Below, piece by piece: positions 9,696-17,649 of a stretch of DNA of 64,000 nucleotides. Made by a program: the position numbers and the translations under genes. The stretch spans positions 54,403 through 118,402 of the forward strand of contig CAZFJC010000005.1 in the NCBI GenBank assembly GCA_964518765.1, read 5' to 3'. The stretch comes from an uncultured bacterium. Lineage in GTDB: Bacteria; Edwardsbacteria; AC1; EtOH8. Below the pieces are notes generated by a model. The model saw only the letters and a list, made by a program, of their open reading frames with translations. It ran no database searches and was not told where the DNA came from. Position 1 is the first letter of the stretch. Every line of letters begins with the position of its first letter.

Positions 9696-10464
9696 GGGCC
9701 AAGCTCTCTATTTTTCGAGAAAAGCTGTTTCGATCATCGATCTCCACCACCACCGCATTCAGCCTGACCTCCCCCTCGGCCGTCTCGAACTTCTGCGGCA
9801 TCCCGGTCAAGAAGCGCCTGAGCACCGCCTCCTTCTGCATGCCGATCACCCCGTCGAAGCCTCCGGTCATGCCGACGTCGGTGATGTAGGCCGTGCCATT
9901 GGGGAGTATCCTCTCGTCGGCCGTCTGGACGTGGGTGTGGGTTCCGATGACCGCCGTGGCCCGTCCGTCGAGATGCCAGCCCAAGGCGACTTTTTCCGAC
10001 GTAGCCTCGGCGTGGATATCGACAACGATGATATCAGTTTCCTTCCTGATTTTTTCGACCATCTCGGTGGCCTTGCGGAAAGGGCAGTCCAACGCCTGCA
10101 TGAACACCCGGCCCTGCAAACAGAAGACCCCGACCCTGGCTCCATTTCTGGCTTTAAAGATGCCGGACCTGGCGCCCACCGCTCCCTCCGGGTAATTGGC
10201 CGGGCACAGTATCCTGGGCTCCTTGGCTATATACCACACGGAGTCCTTCTTGTCCCACAGGTGGTTTCCCCCCGTCAGGACGTCTATCCCCAGGCTGAGC
10301 AGTTCACGTCCCACGCTCTCGGTGATGCCGAACCCGGCCGCCGCGTTCTCTCCATTGGCGATGACGAAGTCGATCCCGTGCCTCTCGGCCAGCCCCGGCA
10401 GCAGCTGTTTGACCGCCTGTCTCCCCGGCCGCCCGATAATATCGCCGATGAATAATACTTTCAA
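9667..10464 (-). CDS. ymdB: TIGR00282-family metallophosphoesterase (YmdB-like 2',3'-cNMP phosphodiesterase)
   Basis: MKVLFIGDIIGRPGR...GENAAAGFGIT...GGNHLWD. Sits next to rny as in the B. subtilis rny-ymdB operon. Confidence 0.85.
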   Translation of the reverse strand: MKVLFIGDIIGRPGRQAVKQLLPGLAERHGIDFVIANGENAAAGFGITESVGRELLSLGIDVLTGGNHLWDKKDSVWYIAKEPRILCPANYPEGAVGARSGIFKARNGARVGVFCLQGRVFMQALDCPFRKATEMVEKIRKETDIIVVDIHAEATSEKVALGWHLDGRATAVIGTHTHVQTADERILPNGTAYITDVGMTGGFDGVIGMQKEAVLRRFLTGMPQKFETAEGEVRLNAVVVEIDDRNSFSRKIESLALESRYGNSN

Positions 10465-10508
10465 ACTGACGTTCGACGTACCACGTTCAACGTATTAACG
10501 CTAATACG
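10465..10508. repeat. AT-rich ACGT-periodic element filling the rny / ymdB intergenic gap
   Basis: Minus strand reads ACGTtgaACGTggtACGTcgaACGTcag: four ACGT units at 7-nt spacing, i.e. ACGTNNN repeated four times. Confidence 0.45.
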
Positions 10509-12071
10509 TTACTTGGCGTAACCGATCCCCCGCGTCTCCCGGATGACCGTCACCTTGATCTGCCCGGGGTACTGCAGGGAGCTTTCTATCTTCTGGGCGA
10601 TCTCGTTGGCCATATCCGTGGTCCGGGCGTCGTTGACCTCCTCCGGGGTGACGATGATGCGCACCTCGCGCCCGGCCTGGATGGCGTAGGCCTTGCTAAC
10701 CCCCTTGAAGGAGTAGGCCACCTCCTCCAGCTTCTCCAGCCGCTTGATATAGGCCTCCAGAGACTCGCGACGGGCGCCGGGCCTGGCCCCGGAGATGGCG
10801 TCGGCCGCGGCCACCAGCACCGAGATGGGCGAGATAGCCTCGATGTCCTCGTGATGGGCCCCGATGGCGTTGACCACCACCGCGTTCTCCCCGTATTTCT
10901 TGGCCAGGTCCATGCCGATCTGGCTGTGGGTGCCCTCGACGCTATGGTCCACTGCCTTGCCCAGGTCGTGCAGTAGGCCGGCCCGCTTGGCCAGGGCCTG
11001 GTCCAGCTCCAGCTCGCCGGCCATGGTGGCCGCCAGGAAGGCCACCTCCTTGGAGTGCTGTAGAACATTCTGCCCGTAGCTGGTACGGTACTTCAGCCTG
11101 CCCAGCAGCTGGATGACCTCGGGGTGCAGTCCGGGCACCCCCACCTCCAGGGCCACCGACTCTCCCGCCTCTTTGATGGAGCGGTCGACCTCGCCTTTGG
11201 CCTTTTCGATGACCTCCTCTATTCGGGCCGGTTGGATACGTCCGTCGGCTATCAGGCGCTCCATGGCCATCCGGGCCACCTCCCGCCGCACCGGGTCGAA
11301 GGCCGAGATGACGATGGCTTCGGGGGTGTCGTCTATCAGCACCTCCACCCCGGTGGCCGCCTCAAAGGCCCTGATGTTCCGGCCCTCGCGGCCGATGATC
11401 CTCCCCTTCATCTCGTCCGAGGCCAGCGGCACCACGCTGACGGTGGTCTCGGCGGTGTGCTCGCCGGCGTAGCGCTGGATGGCCTGGACGATTATCTGCT
11501 TGGCCTCGCGCTCGGCGTTCTCCCTGGCCTCGTCCCTGATGTTCTTGATGAGCTGGGCCGCCTCGTGCCTGGCCTGGACCTCCAAGTTCTGCATCAGGAT
11601 CCTCTTGGCCTCCTCCTGGGTGAGCCCGGCGATCTGCTCCAGCTTGGTGTTCTGCTCGTCTATCAGGGTGGTCAGCCGCTCGTCCTTGGCCCGCAGCACC
11701 CGCTCCTTGGCAGTGGCCTCGCGCTCCCGGTTCTCCACCTCCCGCTCCTTGCGGTTGACGATGTCCACCTTGTGGTCGATCTGCTTCTCCCTCTCGATCA
11801 GCCGCCCCTCCAGCTCCTTGAGCTCCGCCTTCTTGGCCTGGGTCTCCTTCTCGAAATTCGACTTTAGCCGGTACCACTCCTCTTTGGCCTGTACCTGGGC
11901 TGCCTTCTTGTAGGTGGCCGACTCTCGTTGGGCCTCGGCCACGATCTTCTCGGCCAGCTTCTCGGCCCCGGCCAGCCTGGCCTCGCCCATCTTCTGGTGC
12001 AGCAGATAGCCCAGAAAAAAACCCAGGGCCGCACCTAACACCGATATGATGATCCAGATCACCACTCCCAT
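10509..12071 (-). CDS. rny: ribonuclease Y
   Basis: 520 aa with an N-terminal TM helix, coiled-coil, KH domain and HD domain (LLHDLGKA). Confidence 0.95.
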   Translation of the reverse strand: MGVVIWIIISVLGAALGFFLGYLLHQKMGEARLAGAEKLAEKIVAEAQRESATYKKAAQVQAKEEWYRLKSNFEKETQAKKAELKELEGRLIEREKQIDHKVDIVNRKEREVENREREATAKERVLRAKDERLTTLIDEQNTKLEQIAGLTQEEAKRILMQNLEVQARHEAAQLIKNIRDEARENAEREAKQIIVQAIQRYAGEHTAETTVSVVPLASDEMKGRIIGREGRNIRAFEAATGVEVLIDDTPEAIVISAFDPVRREVARMAMERLIADGRIQPARIEEVIEKAKGEVDRSIKEAGESVALEVGVPGLHPEVIQLLGRLKYRTSYGQNVLQHSKEVAFLAATMAGELELDQALAKRAGLLHDLGKAVDHSVEGTHSQIGMDLAKKYGENAVVVNAIGAHHEDIEAISPISVLVAAADAISGARPGARRESLEAYIKRLEKLEEVAYSFKGVSKAYAIQAGREVRIIVTPEEVNDARTTDMANEIAQKIESSLQYPGQIKVTVIRETRGIGYAK

Positions 12072-12097
12072 ATTGCCTCCCTTCCGATGCTTATATG

Positions 12098-12286
12098 TAA
12101 AATTCCCCGCCTGTGCCGGGCAGGCGAACGTTTTGAACCCGTTAAAAAGTGGTGCCGCCTCGAACGCTTTAGGCTTCCCCGCGCCGGCGGGGCGTGCACA
12201 CCACGTCCGAAGGTTATGGCCCTTGATAACAGGTGTTGGCTCAAAAACTGTCCGCGAGCTTCGGGCACTGCAGGGAATGCTTGCTC
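12098..12286 (-). ncRNA. ssrS: candidate 6S RNA (SsrS), ~190 nt, between zapA and rny
   Basis: Promoter TTGAAA-N17-TATATT at complement(12293..12321) lies directly after the zapA stop. Transcript 5' segment (GCAUUCCCUGCAGUGCC) pairs with the 3' segment (GGCAC..GGGGAAU) to give a closing helix, followed by UUUU. Internal GAAGCCUAAAGCG and GGGUUCAA resemble the E. coli 6S 3' strand. Position downstream of zapA matches E. coli and many other bacteria. Confidence 0.45.
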
Positions 12287-12328
12287 AAGACAAATATACC
12301 ACCAGGCCGGACCGATTTCAAGGGGGAT

Positions 12329-12598
12329 CTAGTCGTCGACCAGCTTCAGCCTCTCCGCCAGGGCGGCCAGGGCCTTCTCCCGGTCCTCCCGCTCCCGGAA
12401 CAGCTCGTCGGCGATGTTGATGGCGGTCAGGATGGCCAGCTTGGAGACCGAGCCGGTGGACGACGCCTGGGCCAGCTGCTGCATCTTACCGTCCACGTAG
12501 GCGGCCACCCGGCGGATGTACTCGGCGTTGGCCTCGCCCTTGATGCGATACTCCGCACCGAAAATCTCGACCTTGGTTCCCGTTTTGGCCTGCGTCAT
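12329..12598 (-). CDS. zapA: cell division protein ZapA
   Basis: 89 aa starting at the internal Met (MTQAKTGTKVEIFGAEYRIKGEAN...), ZapA family. Confidence 0.8.
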   Translation of the reverse strand: MTQAKTGTKVEIFGAEYRIKGEANAEYIRRVAAYVDGKMQQLAQASSTGSVSKLAILTAINIADELFREREDREKALAALAERLKLVDD

Positions 12599-12644
12599 TT
12601 TACTATCGCTTCTTGAACAGTGCTTCCCCGCAGCGCCCGGCCGG

Positions 12645-12920
12645 CTACTCCTGGAATTTCTCCAGTTTGGCCACAATGTCCGCCAGGCGGCGTTTGGCCT
12701 CTTCCTGGGCCTGGCTCAGGCGCTGGTTCTCCTCGGCCAGGGACTTGTCCTGCTGGGAAGCCTTGGTCAGCTCCGCCAGCTGGTCCTGCAGCCGCTTGTT
12801 CTCCCGCCTGAGCTGCTGTATCTCTTTCTGTTGCTGCTCCTTCTCGGATCTCAGGGTGCCGATGACGGCCAAAGCCTTGTTGACCTTGTCCTCCAGCACC
12901 GCCAGTGGGTCGGTTGTCAT
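12645..12920 (-). CDS. zapB: ZapB-like coiled-coil cell division protein
   Basis: 91-aa all-helical coiled coil with Q/E/K/L-rich heptads, adjacent to zapA. Confidence 0.55.
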   Translation of the reverse strand: MTTDPLAVLEDKVNKALAVIGTLRSEKEQQQKEIQQLRRENKRLQDQLAELTKASQQDKSLAEENQRLSQAQEEAKRRLADIVAKLEKFQE

Positions 12921-12950
12921 ACTTGTGTCCGTTTATCTTTGTTGCTTTAT

Positions 12951-15008
12951 TTATCTGATCTCGGCGCCCAGCTTCTGCCTCAGTGCCTCGACTATTCTTT
13001 GGTGGGCCCGGGAGACATCCTGGTCGGAAAGCGCCCGGTCGTCCAGCCGGTAGCGCAGGGTCAGGGCCAGGCTTTTCCTGCCCTGGCCCGCCTGCTCTCC
13101 CCGGTAGAGATCGAAAAGCTCGGCGTCCTTCAGCTCCGGGCGGCCAGCCTCCAGCACCGCTTTGTGAATCGAACCAAAGCTGGTTGCTTCGTCCACCGCT
13201 AGGGCCAGATCGCGCCTTATGGCCGGAAATTTGGGGATGCTCCGGTACCGTTTGTCATCCGAAGCCAAGGCCACCAGCACCGGTCCCAGCTCCATCTCCA
13301 GACAGCAGGCCCGACCCTCGATCCCTAGAGCCCGGGCTATTTTGGGGTCAAGCTCGCCCAGGAAGCCAATCTTTTTGCCGTCCAGGATCAGAGCCGCCGC
13401 CCGGCCGGCATAAAGCCAGTCAGGATCTCCCTCTCCGGCTGGCGTCATCAGGTACTTCATGCCCAGAGAATCGAGGAGCAATTCGGCCGCTCCCTTTAGG
13501 TCGAAGAACTCGAAATCCCTTGGCTTGCCGTCCCAAAAAACTGGAGCGGCGGTGCCGATGGCCGCCCCGGCCAGCATCAGGCATTCCTCCGGGGCCTGGC
13601 CGCTATTGCCCAGATAAACCAGGCCGATCTCGAACAGCCTGACGTCTGAAGTCCCGTTGTTCCGGTTGAAGGCCAAAGCCTCCAACAGGCCGGGCAACAA
13701 GCTGGGCCTGAGCACCGACAGCTCCGAGGACATGGGGTTAGCCAGCTTGACGAGTTCCTTGCCGGAAGATAGCTTGAGGGCCAAATCCGGGTCAGACATC
13801 GGCAGGCCGTAGTGCTCCGAGAAACCCAGCCCGACCATGATCCGGGCGATGGCGCGGAGGTTGAGGTCCTTGGACCTGGACCTGGCCGGAACGGACCAGG
13901 CTGGCGCATGTTCGTCAGGCAGCTGGTCGTATCCATGGACTCGGGCTATCTCCTCAATGAGGTCCACCTCGCGCTCCAGGTCGCGACGGAAGCTGGGGAC
14001 GGCAACCGTAATCTTTCCGCCCGTACGTTCCGCCTTCAGCTCAAGAGCCTTCAGTATCTCCAGCATCCTTTCGACAGAGACGGAGATGCCCAAAAGCTTG
14101 TCGACCCTCTCCGGCCTGAGCTCCACCTGCCAGGATCCGGGGAATTGTTTCGCCGAGACATCTATCCGCCCTTTGGCCACCTGGCCCCCGGCCACCTCGG
14201 CGATCATCCTGGCCGCGCGGTCGGACGCCCTCTCCAGAGCCAAGGGGTCGGCCCCGCGCTCGAATCGGTAGGAGGCGTCGGACTTTAGGCCCAGAGCTCG
14301 GCTGCCCCGGCGGATGAGTTTGGGATCGAAATAGGCGCTTTCCAGGAGCACGTTCTTCGTCGAACCCGAGATCTCGGTATCAGCGCCGCCCATGATGCCG
14401 GCCAGGGCCACCGGGCGTTTGGAGTCGGCTATCACCAGGTGATCGCCTGTCAGCTTACGTTCCACACCGTCCAGGGTGGTCATGGCCTCCCCGGCCTTGG
14501 CCCTTCGGACCACGATGGTCTTGTCGGCCAGCCGGTCAAGGTCGAAGGCGTGAAGGGGATGCCCCATTTCGTATAAAACAAGATTGGTGACGTCGGCCAC
14601 GTTGTTGATGGGGCGCAGACCCACGCTCTCTATCTTCTCCTTTAGCCACTGGGGCGACTCGGCCACCCTGACCCCGGTCACCACCCTGGCCACATAACGG
14701 GGACACCCTTCCTTATCCTCTACGACAACCTTGGCCAAGGTGCCGACATCCGTCCCCGTTTCCTTAACTGTGCAGTCCGGCTGCTCGATCTCCCCGCCGC
14801 ACAAAGCCCTGATCTCCCGGGCGATGCCCAGCATGGACAGACAGTCGGGCCGGTTGGGCGTCACCTCCAACTCCAGCTGCCAGTCCTGGTCTCCGCGCTT
14901 TTCCACGGCCTCCACCTCCACCCCGGCGTAGGTCAGCCGGTCGGCCAGCTGGTGGACGTCCAGGTCGAAGGGTATCAGCTCACGGAGCCACTTGTAGGAG
15001 ATTTTCAT
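12951..15008 (-). CDS. pheT: phenylalanine--tRNA ligase beta subunit, short form lacking the N-terminal OB-fold tRNA-binding domain
   Basis: 685 aa. B3/4, B5, catalytic-like and FDX-ACB domains are recognisable. The sequence jumps from GVEVEAVE straight to the VTPNRPDCLS region. Confidence 0.95.
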   Translation of the reverse strand: MKISYKWLRELIPFDLDVHQLADRLTYAGVEVEAVEKRGDQDWQLELEVTPNRPDCLSMLGIAREIRALCGGEIEQPDCTVKETGTDVGTLAKVVVEDKEGCPRYVARVVTGVRVAESPQWLKEKIESVGLRPINNVADVTNLVLYEMGHPLHAFDLDRLADKTIVVRRAKAGEAMTTLDGVERKLTGDHLVIADSKRPVALAGIMGGADTEISGSTKNVLLESAYFDPKLIRRGSRALGLKSDASYRFERGADPLALERASDRAARMIAEVAGGQVAKGRIDVSAKQFPGSWQVELRPERVDKLLGISVSVERMLEILKALELKAERTGGKITVAVPSFRRDLEREVDLIEEIARVHGYDQLPDEHAPAWSVPARSRSKDLNLRAIARIMVGLGFSEHYGLPMSDPDLALKLSSGKELVKLANPMSSELSVLRPSLLPGLLEALAFNRNNGTSDVRLFEIGLVYLGNSGQAPEECLMLAGAAIGTAAPVFWDGKPRDFEFFDLKGAAELLLDSLGMKYLMTPAGEGDPDWLYAGRAAALILDGKKIGFLGELDPKIARALGIEGRACCLEMELGPVLVALASDDKRYRSIPKFPAIRRDLALAVDEATSFGSIHKAVLEAGRPELKDAELFDLYRGEQAGQGRKSLALTLRYRLDDRALSDQDVSRAHQRIVEALRQKLGAEIR

Positions 15009-15058
15009 CTGAATCCGAAGGAGATCAAATTAAAGGCTTATACTTTATAAAATGGCGA

Positions 15059-16096
15059 TCAGAACTGCTCCAAAAATCTCAAGTCCCCTTGGTAAAACAG
15101 CCTGATGTCGTCTATCCCGTAGCGCAGCATGGCCACCCGCTCCAGACCCATGCCCCAGGCGTAGCCGGTGTAGGCCTCGGGGTCGTAGCCCACATTGCGG
15201 AAGACGTTGGGGTCCACCATCCCGGCCCCGGAGATCTCCAGCCAGCCCGACTGCTTGCACACCCGGCAGCCGGCGCCTTTACAGAAGACGCAGGAGAAGT
15301 CGTACTCGACGCTGGGCTCGGTGAAGGGGAAGAAGTGGGGGCGGAACCTGATTTTGACATCCGGGCCCAGCAGCTGTCGGGCGAAGTAGGTCAAAGTGGC
15401 CTTGAGGTCGGCCAGCGAGACGTTGCGGTCGACGTACAGACCTTCGCACTGGTGGAACACCGGCATGTGGGAGGCGTCGATGGCGTCCCGGCGGTAGCAG
15501 CGGCCCGGAGCGATGATCCGCACCGGCGGCCTCTGGGACTCCATTACTCTGATCTGCACCGGAGAGGTGTGGGTGCGCATCAGAAGGTCGGGGGGCTTTT
15601 CGAGATAAAAGGTATCCTGCAGGTTCCACGAGGGGTGGTCGCGCGGCGTGTTCAGGGCCTCGAAGTTGTGCCACTCGGTCTCGCAGTCCGGCCCCTCGGC
15701 CACCGAGAATCCCAGACCGTGGAAGATCTCCACCACCTCGTCCATTAGCTGAGAAAGGGGATGTCGATGCCCAGCCCAGACCCTCCGCCCCGGCAGAGTG
15801 ACGTCTAGGGACTCGGCTTTCCGCTTGGCGGCGTCGGCCTGAGCCAGAAGCTCAGCCTGGCGGGCCTCCAACAGGGAAGACACCTCTTGCTTGGTCCGAT
15901 TGGCCGCGGCCCCGTAGGCCGCCCGGCGCTCGGATGGCAGGGAGGAGATCGCCTTCAACATCTCGGTCAGCTGGCCCTTGCGGCCCAGGTAGCGTACTCT
16001 CAGCTCCTCCAGTGCCTCAGGGGAACCGCAGGCGCCTATGGCCGACTTGGCTTCCGCGGCTACGCTAGCCAGCTTGTCTTCCATAAAACTTGTCAA
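15059..16096 (-). CDS. pheS: phenylalanine--tRNA ligase alpha subunit
   Basis: Class II aaRS motifs (FRPHFFPFTEPS, GAGMVDPNV, GWGMGLERVAMLRYG). Confidence 0.95.
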   Translation of the reverse strand: MTSFMEDKLASVAAEAKSAIGACGSPEALEELRVRYLGRKGQLTEMLKAISSLPSERRAAYGAAANRTKQEVSSLLEARQAELLAQADAAKRKAESLDVTLPGRRVWAGHRHPLSQLMDEVVEIFHGLGFSVAEGPDCETEWHNFEALNTPRDHPSWNLQDTFYLEKPPDLLMRTHTSPVQIRVMESQRPPVRIIAPGRCYRRDAIDASHMPVFHQCEGLYVDRNVSLADLKATLTYFARQLLGPDVKIRFRPHFFPFTEPSVEYDFSCVFCKGAGCRVCKQSGWLEISGAGMVDPNVFRNVGYDPEAYTGYAWGMGLERVAMLRYGIDDIRLFYQGDLRFLEQF

Positions 16097-16150
16097 ACCT
16101 ATTCGAACCCATCCAACGGTTGTCGTTGAACCGGTTTACTGCCTGGCAGA

Positions 16151-16498
16151 TCAGGCCTTCGCCGCCTCCACCACCTTGGCGAATACCTCGGGATCCCGGG
16201 CCGCCAGCTCGGAGAGCATTTTGCGGTCGATGGCGATGGAGTTTTTCTTTAGGCCGCTGATGAAGGCGTTGTAGCTGATGCCGTTCAACCGGCAGGCGGC
16301 GTTTATCCTGACGATCCACAGCCGACGGAAGTCGCGCTTCCGATTGCGGCGGTCGCGGTAGGCGAACTGTCCGGCCCTCATCACCGCCTCCTTGGCGATG
16401 CGGTAGAGCTTGCGGCGGCCGCCCCAGAAGCCCTTGGCCTTGCGGAAAATCTTCTTCTTGCGATGCCTGGTGGCTACCGCGCTGGTCACTCTGGACAT
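16151..16498 (-). CDS. rplT: 50S ribosomal protein L20
   Basis: [39 protein letters not shown]... Confidence 0.95.
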   Translation of the reverse strand: MSRVTSAVATRHRKKKIFRKAKGFWGGRRKLYRIAKEAVMRAGQFAYRDRRNRKRDFRRLWIVRINAACRLNGISYNAFISGLKKNSIAIDRKMLSELAARDPEVFAKVVEAAKA

Positions 16499-16531
16499 AC
16501 CTCTATCTTTCCTTTCCTTTGTTTATCGGTC

Positions 16532-16729
16532 CTAGCCGTTGGGCAGCAGACGCCTGATGTTGCCCAGGTTGGCGTTGTCCACGGTCGATCCGTGGCGCAG
16601 TTTTCTCTTGCGCTTCCGGTTCTTGCACGAGAGCAGGTGGCTCTTACCCGCCCGGTTCCTGCGGACCTTGCCGCTGCCTGTCAGCCTCAGCCTCTTGGCC
16701 GCCGATTTGCTGGTCTTTATCTTGGGCAT
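16532..16729 (-). CDS. rpmI: 50S ribosomal protein L35
   Basis: MPKIKTSKSAAKRLRLTGSGKVRRNRAGKSHLL... (65 aa); AGGAGG RBS upstream. Confidence 0.9.
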   Translation of the reverse strand: MPKIKTSKSAAKRLRLTGSGKVRRNRAGKSHLLSCKNRKRKRKLRHGSTVDNANLGNIRRLLPNG

Positions 16730-16849
16730 ATCTCCTCCTTTTGATTGGTACCTATCCTGTGGCCGCAGCTCCCCGGCCGCGGCGGCTGCCGGTCCTTTAT
16801 CCCACCGGGTTATTCCCGTTCGGGGCACACGGATGACGTCTAAAGCAGG

Positions 16850-17356
16850 CTATTTCGGAGAGATGAGCATGTGCATTATCCTCCCCTCCATCCGTGGGCT
16901 CTGCTCCACCGTGGCTATCTCAGTAACATCCTTGACGAATCTTTCCATCAGTTTCTGGCCCAGGTCGATGTGGTTCATCTGACGCCCCCGGAATCGCATG
17001 GAGATCTTCACCTTGTCCCGCTTGGATAGGAATTCCTTGACCAGGTTGAGTTTGAACTGGTAGTCGTGTTCGGCCATCTGGGGACCGAAGCGCATCTCCT
17101 TGACCTTGGTCTGGTGCTGCTTCTTGCGGGACTCCTTGAGCTTCTTCTCCTGGGCGTAGATAAACTTGCCGTAATCGATGATCTTGCACACCGGGGGCCT
17201 GGCCTCGGGAGCGATCTCCACCAGATCCAGACCGGCATCCTCAGCGGCACGCAGGGCCTGTTTGATGTCCATGATGCCCAGCTGGCTTCCGTCCGGGCCG
17301 ATGACCCGAACCTCTGGCACCCGAATGCGGTCGTTGATACGGTGCTCCTTGATAAT
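16850..17356 (-). CDS. infC: translation initiation factor IF-3, initiating at an in-frame AUU codon
   Basis: ORF track begins at GTG (VPEVRVIGPDG). Upstream in frame, with no intervening stop: AGGGAGG - 7 nt - ATT ATC AAG GAG CAC CGT ATC AAC GAC CGC ATT CGG, i.e. IIKEHRINDRIR, which aligns to E. coli IF3 (RINGEIRAQEVRL). AUU is the classic autoregulated IF3 start. Confidence 0.8.
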   Translation of the reverse strand: MIKEHRINDRIRVPEVRVIGPDGSQLGIMDIKQALRAAEDAGLDLVEIAPEARPPVCKIIDYGKFIYAQEKKLKESRKKQHQTKVKEMRFGPQMAEHDYQFKLNLVKEFLSKRDKVKISMRFRGRQMNHIDLGQKLMERFVKDVTEIATVEQSPRMEGRIMHMLISPK

Positions 17357-17609
17357 AGGTTTACCTCCCTTGCGGTTTGTGGTTGACCCGGATTTCGACA
17401 GCCGGATGCCGTGGTGCCGGGCCTGTTTTTTTTCGCCTGAGGGACCTTTTGATGAAAAAAGGAAAGGCCGGTGACCGGAAATACCCGACCACCCGCCTCA
17501 AGCTGGTTGACCTCGGCTGGCAAATAAATGCCGCGCTTACGGCAAGGGCCGCCGGGTGAGAAGCTTTCCCCGGTAAGGGGGCGGATGGCTTCTTCTTTTC
17601 TATTCTATT
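17357..17609 (-). promoter_or_regulatory. ~250-nt structured 5' leader of infC with an internal hairpin and U-run (attenuator-like; candidate L20-responsive leader)
   Basis: Minus strand has CCGGTCACCGG followed by CCUUUCCUUUUUUCAUC, then further GC hairpins before the RBS. Confidence 0.35.
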
Positions 17610-17616
17610 TGCCGGA

Positions 17617-17645
17617 ATTATACCAATTTCCGGCACGATTTTCAA
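17617..17645 (-). promoter_or_regulatory. sigma70-type promoter for the infC-rpmI-rplT operon (TTGAAA-N17-TATAAT)
   Basis: Minus strand reads cTTGAAAatcgtgccggaaattggTATAATtcc. Confidence 0.5.
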
Positions 17646-17649
17646 GTCT

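Noticed and set aside
12072-12120. Local hairpin plus U-run read as a simple intrinsic terminator or attenuator ahead of rny
   Set aside because: Its 3' arm pairs better with the far 5' segment of the candidate transcript (long-range closing helix). It is kept as part of the 6S RNA hypothesis, with an rny leader attenuator noted as the alternative.
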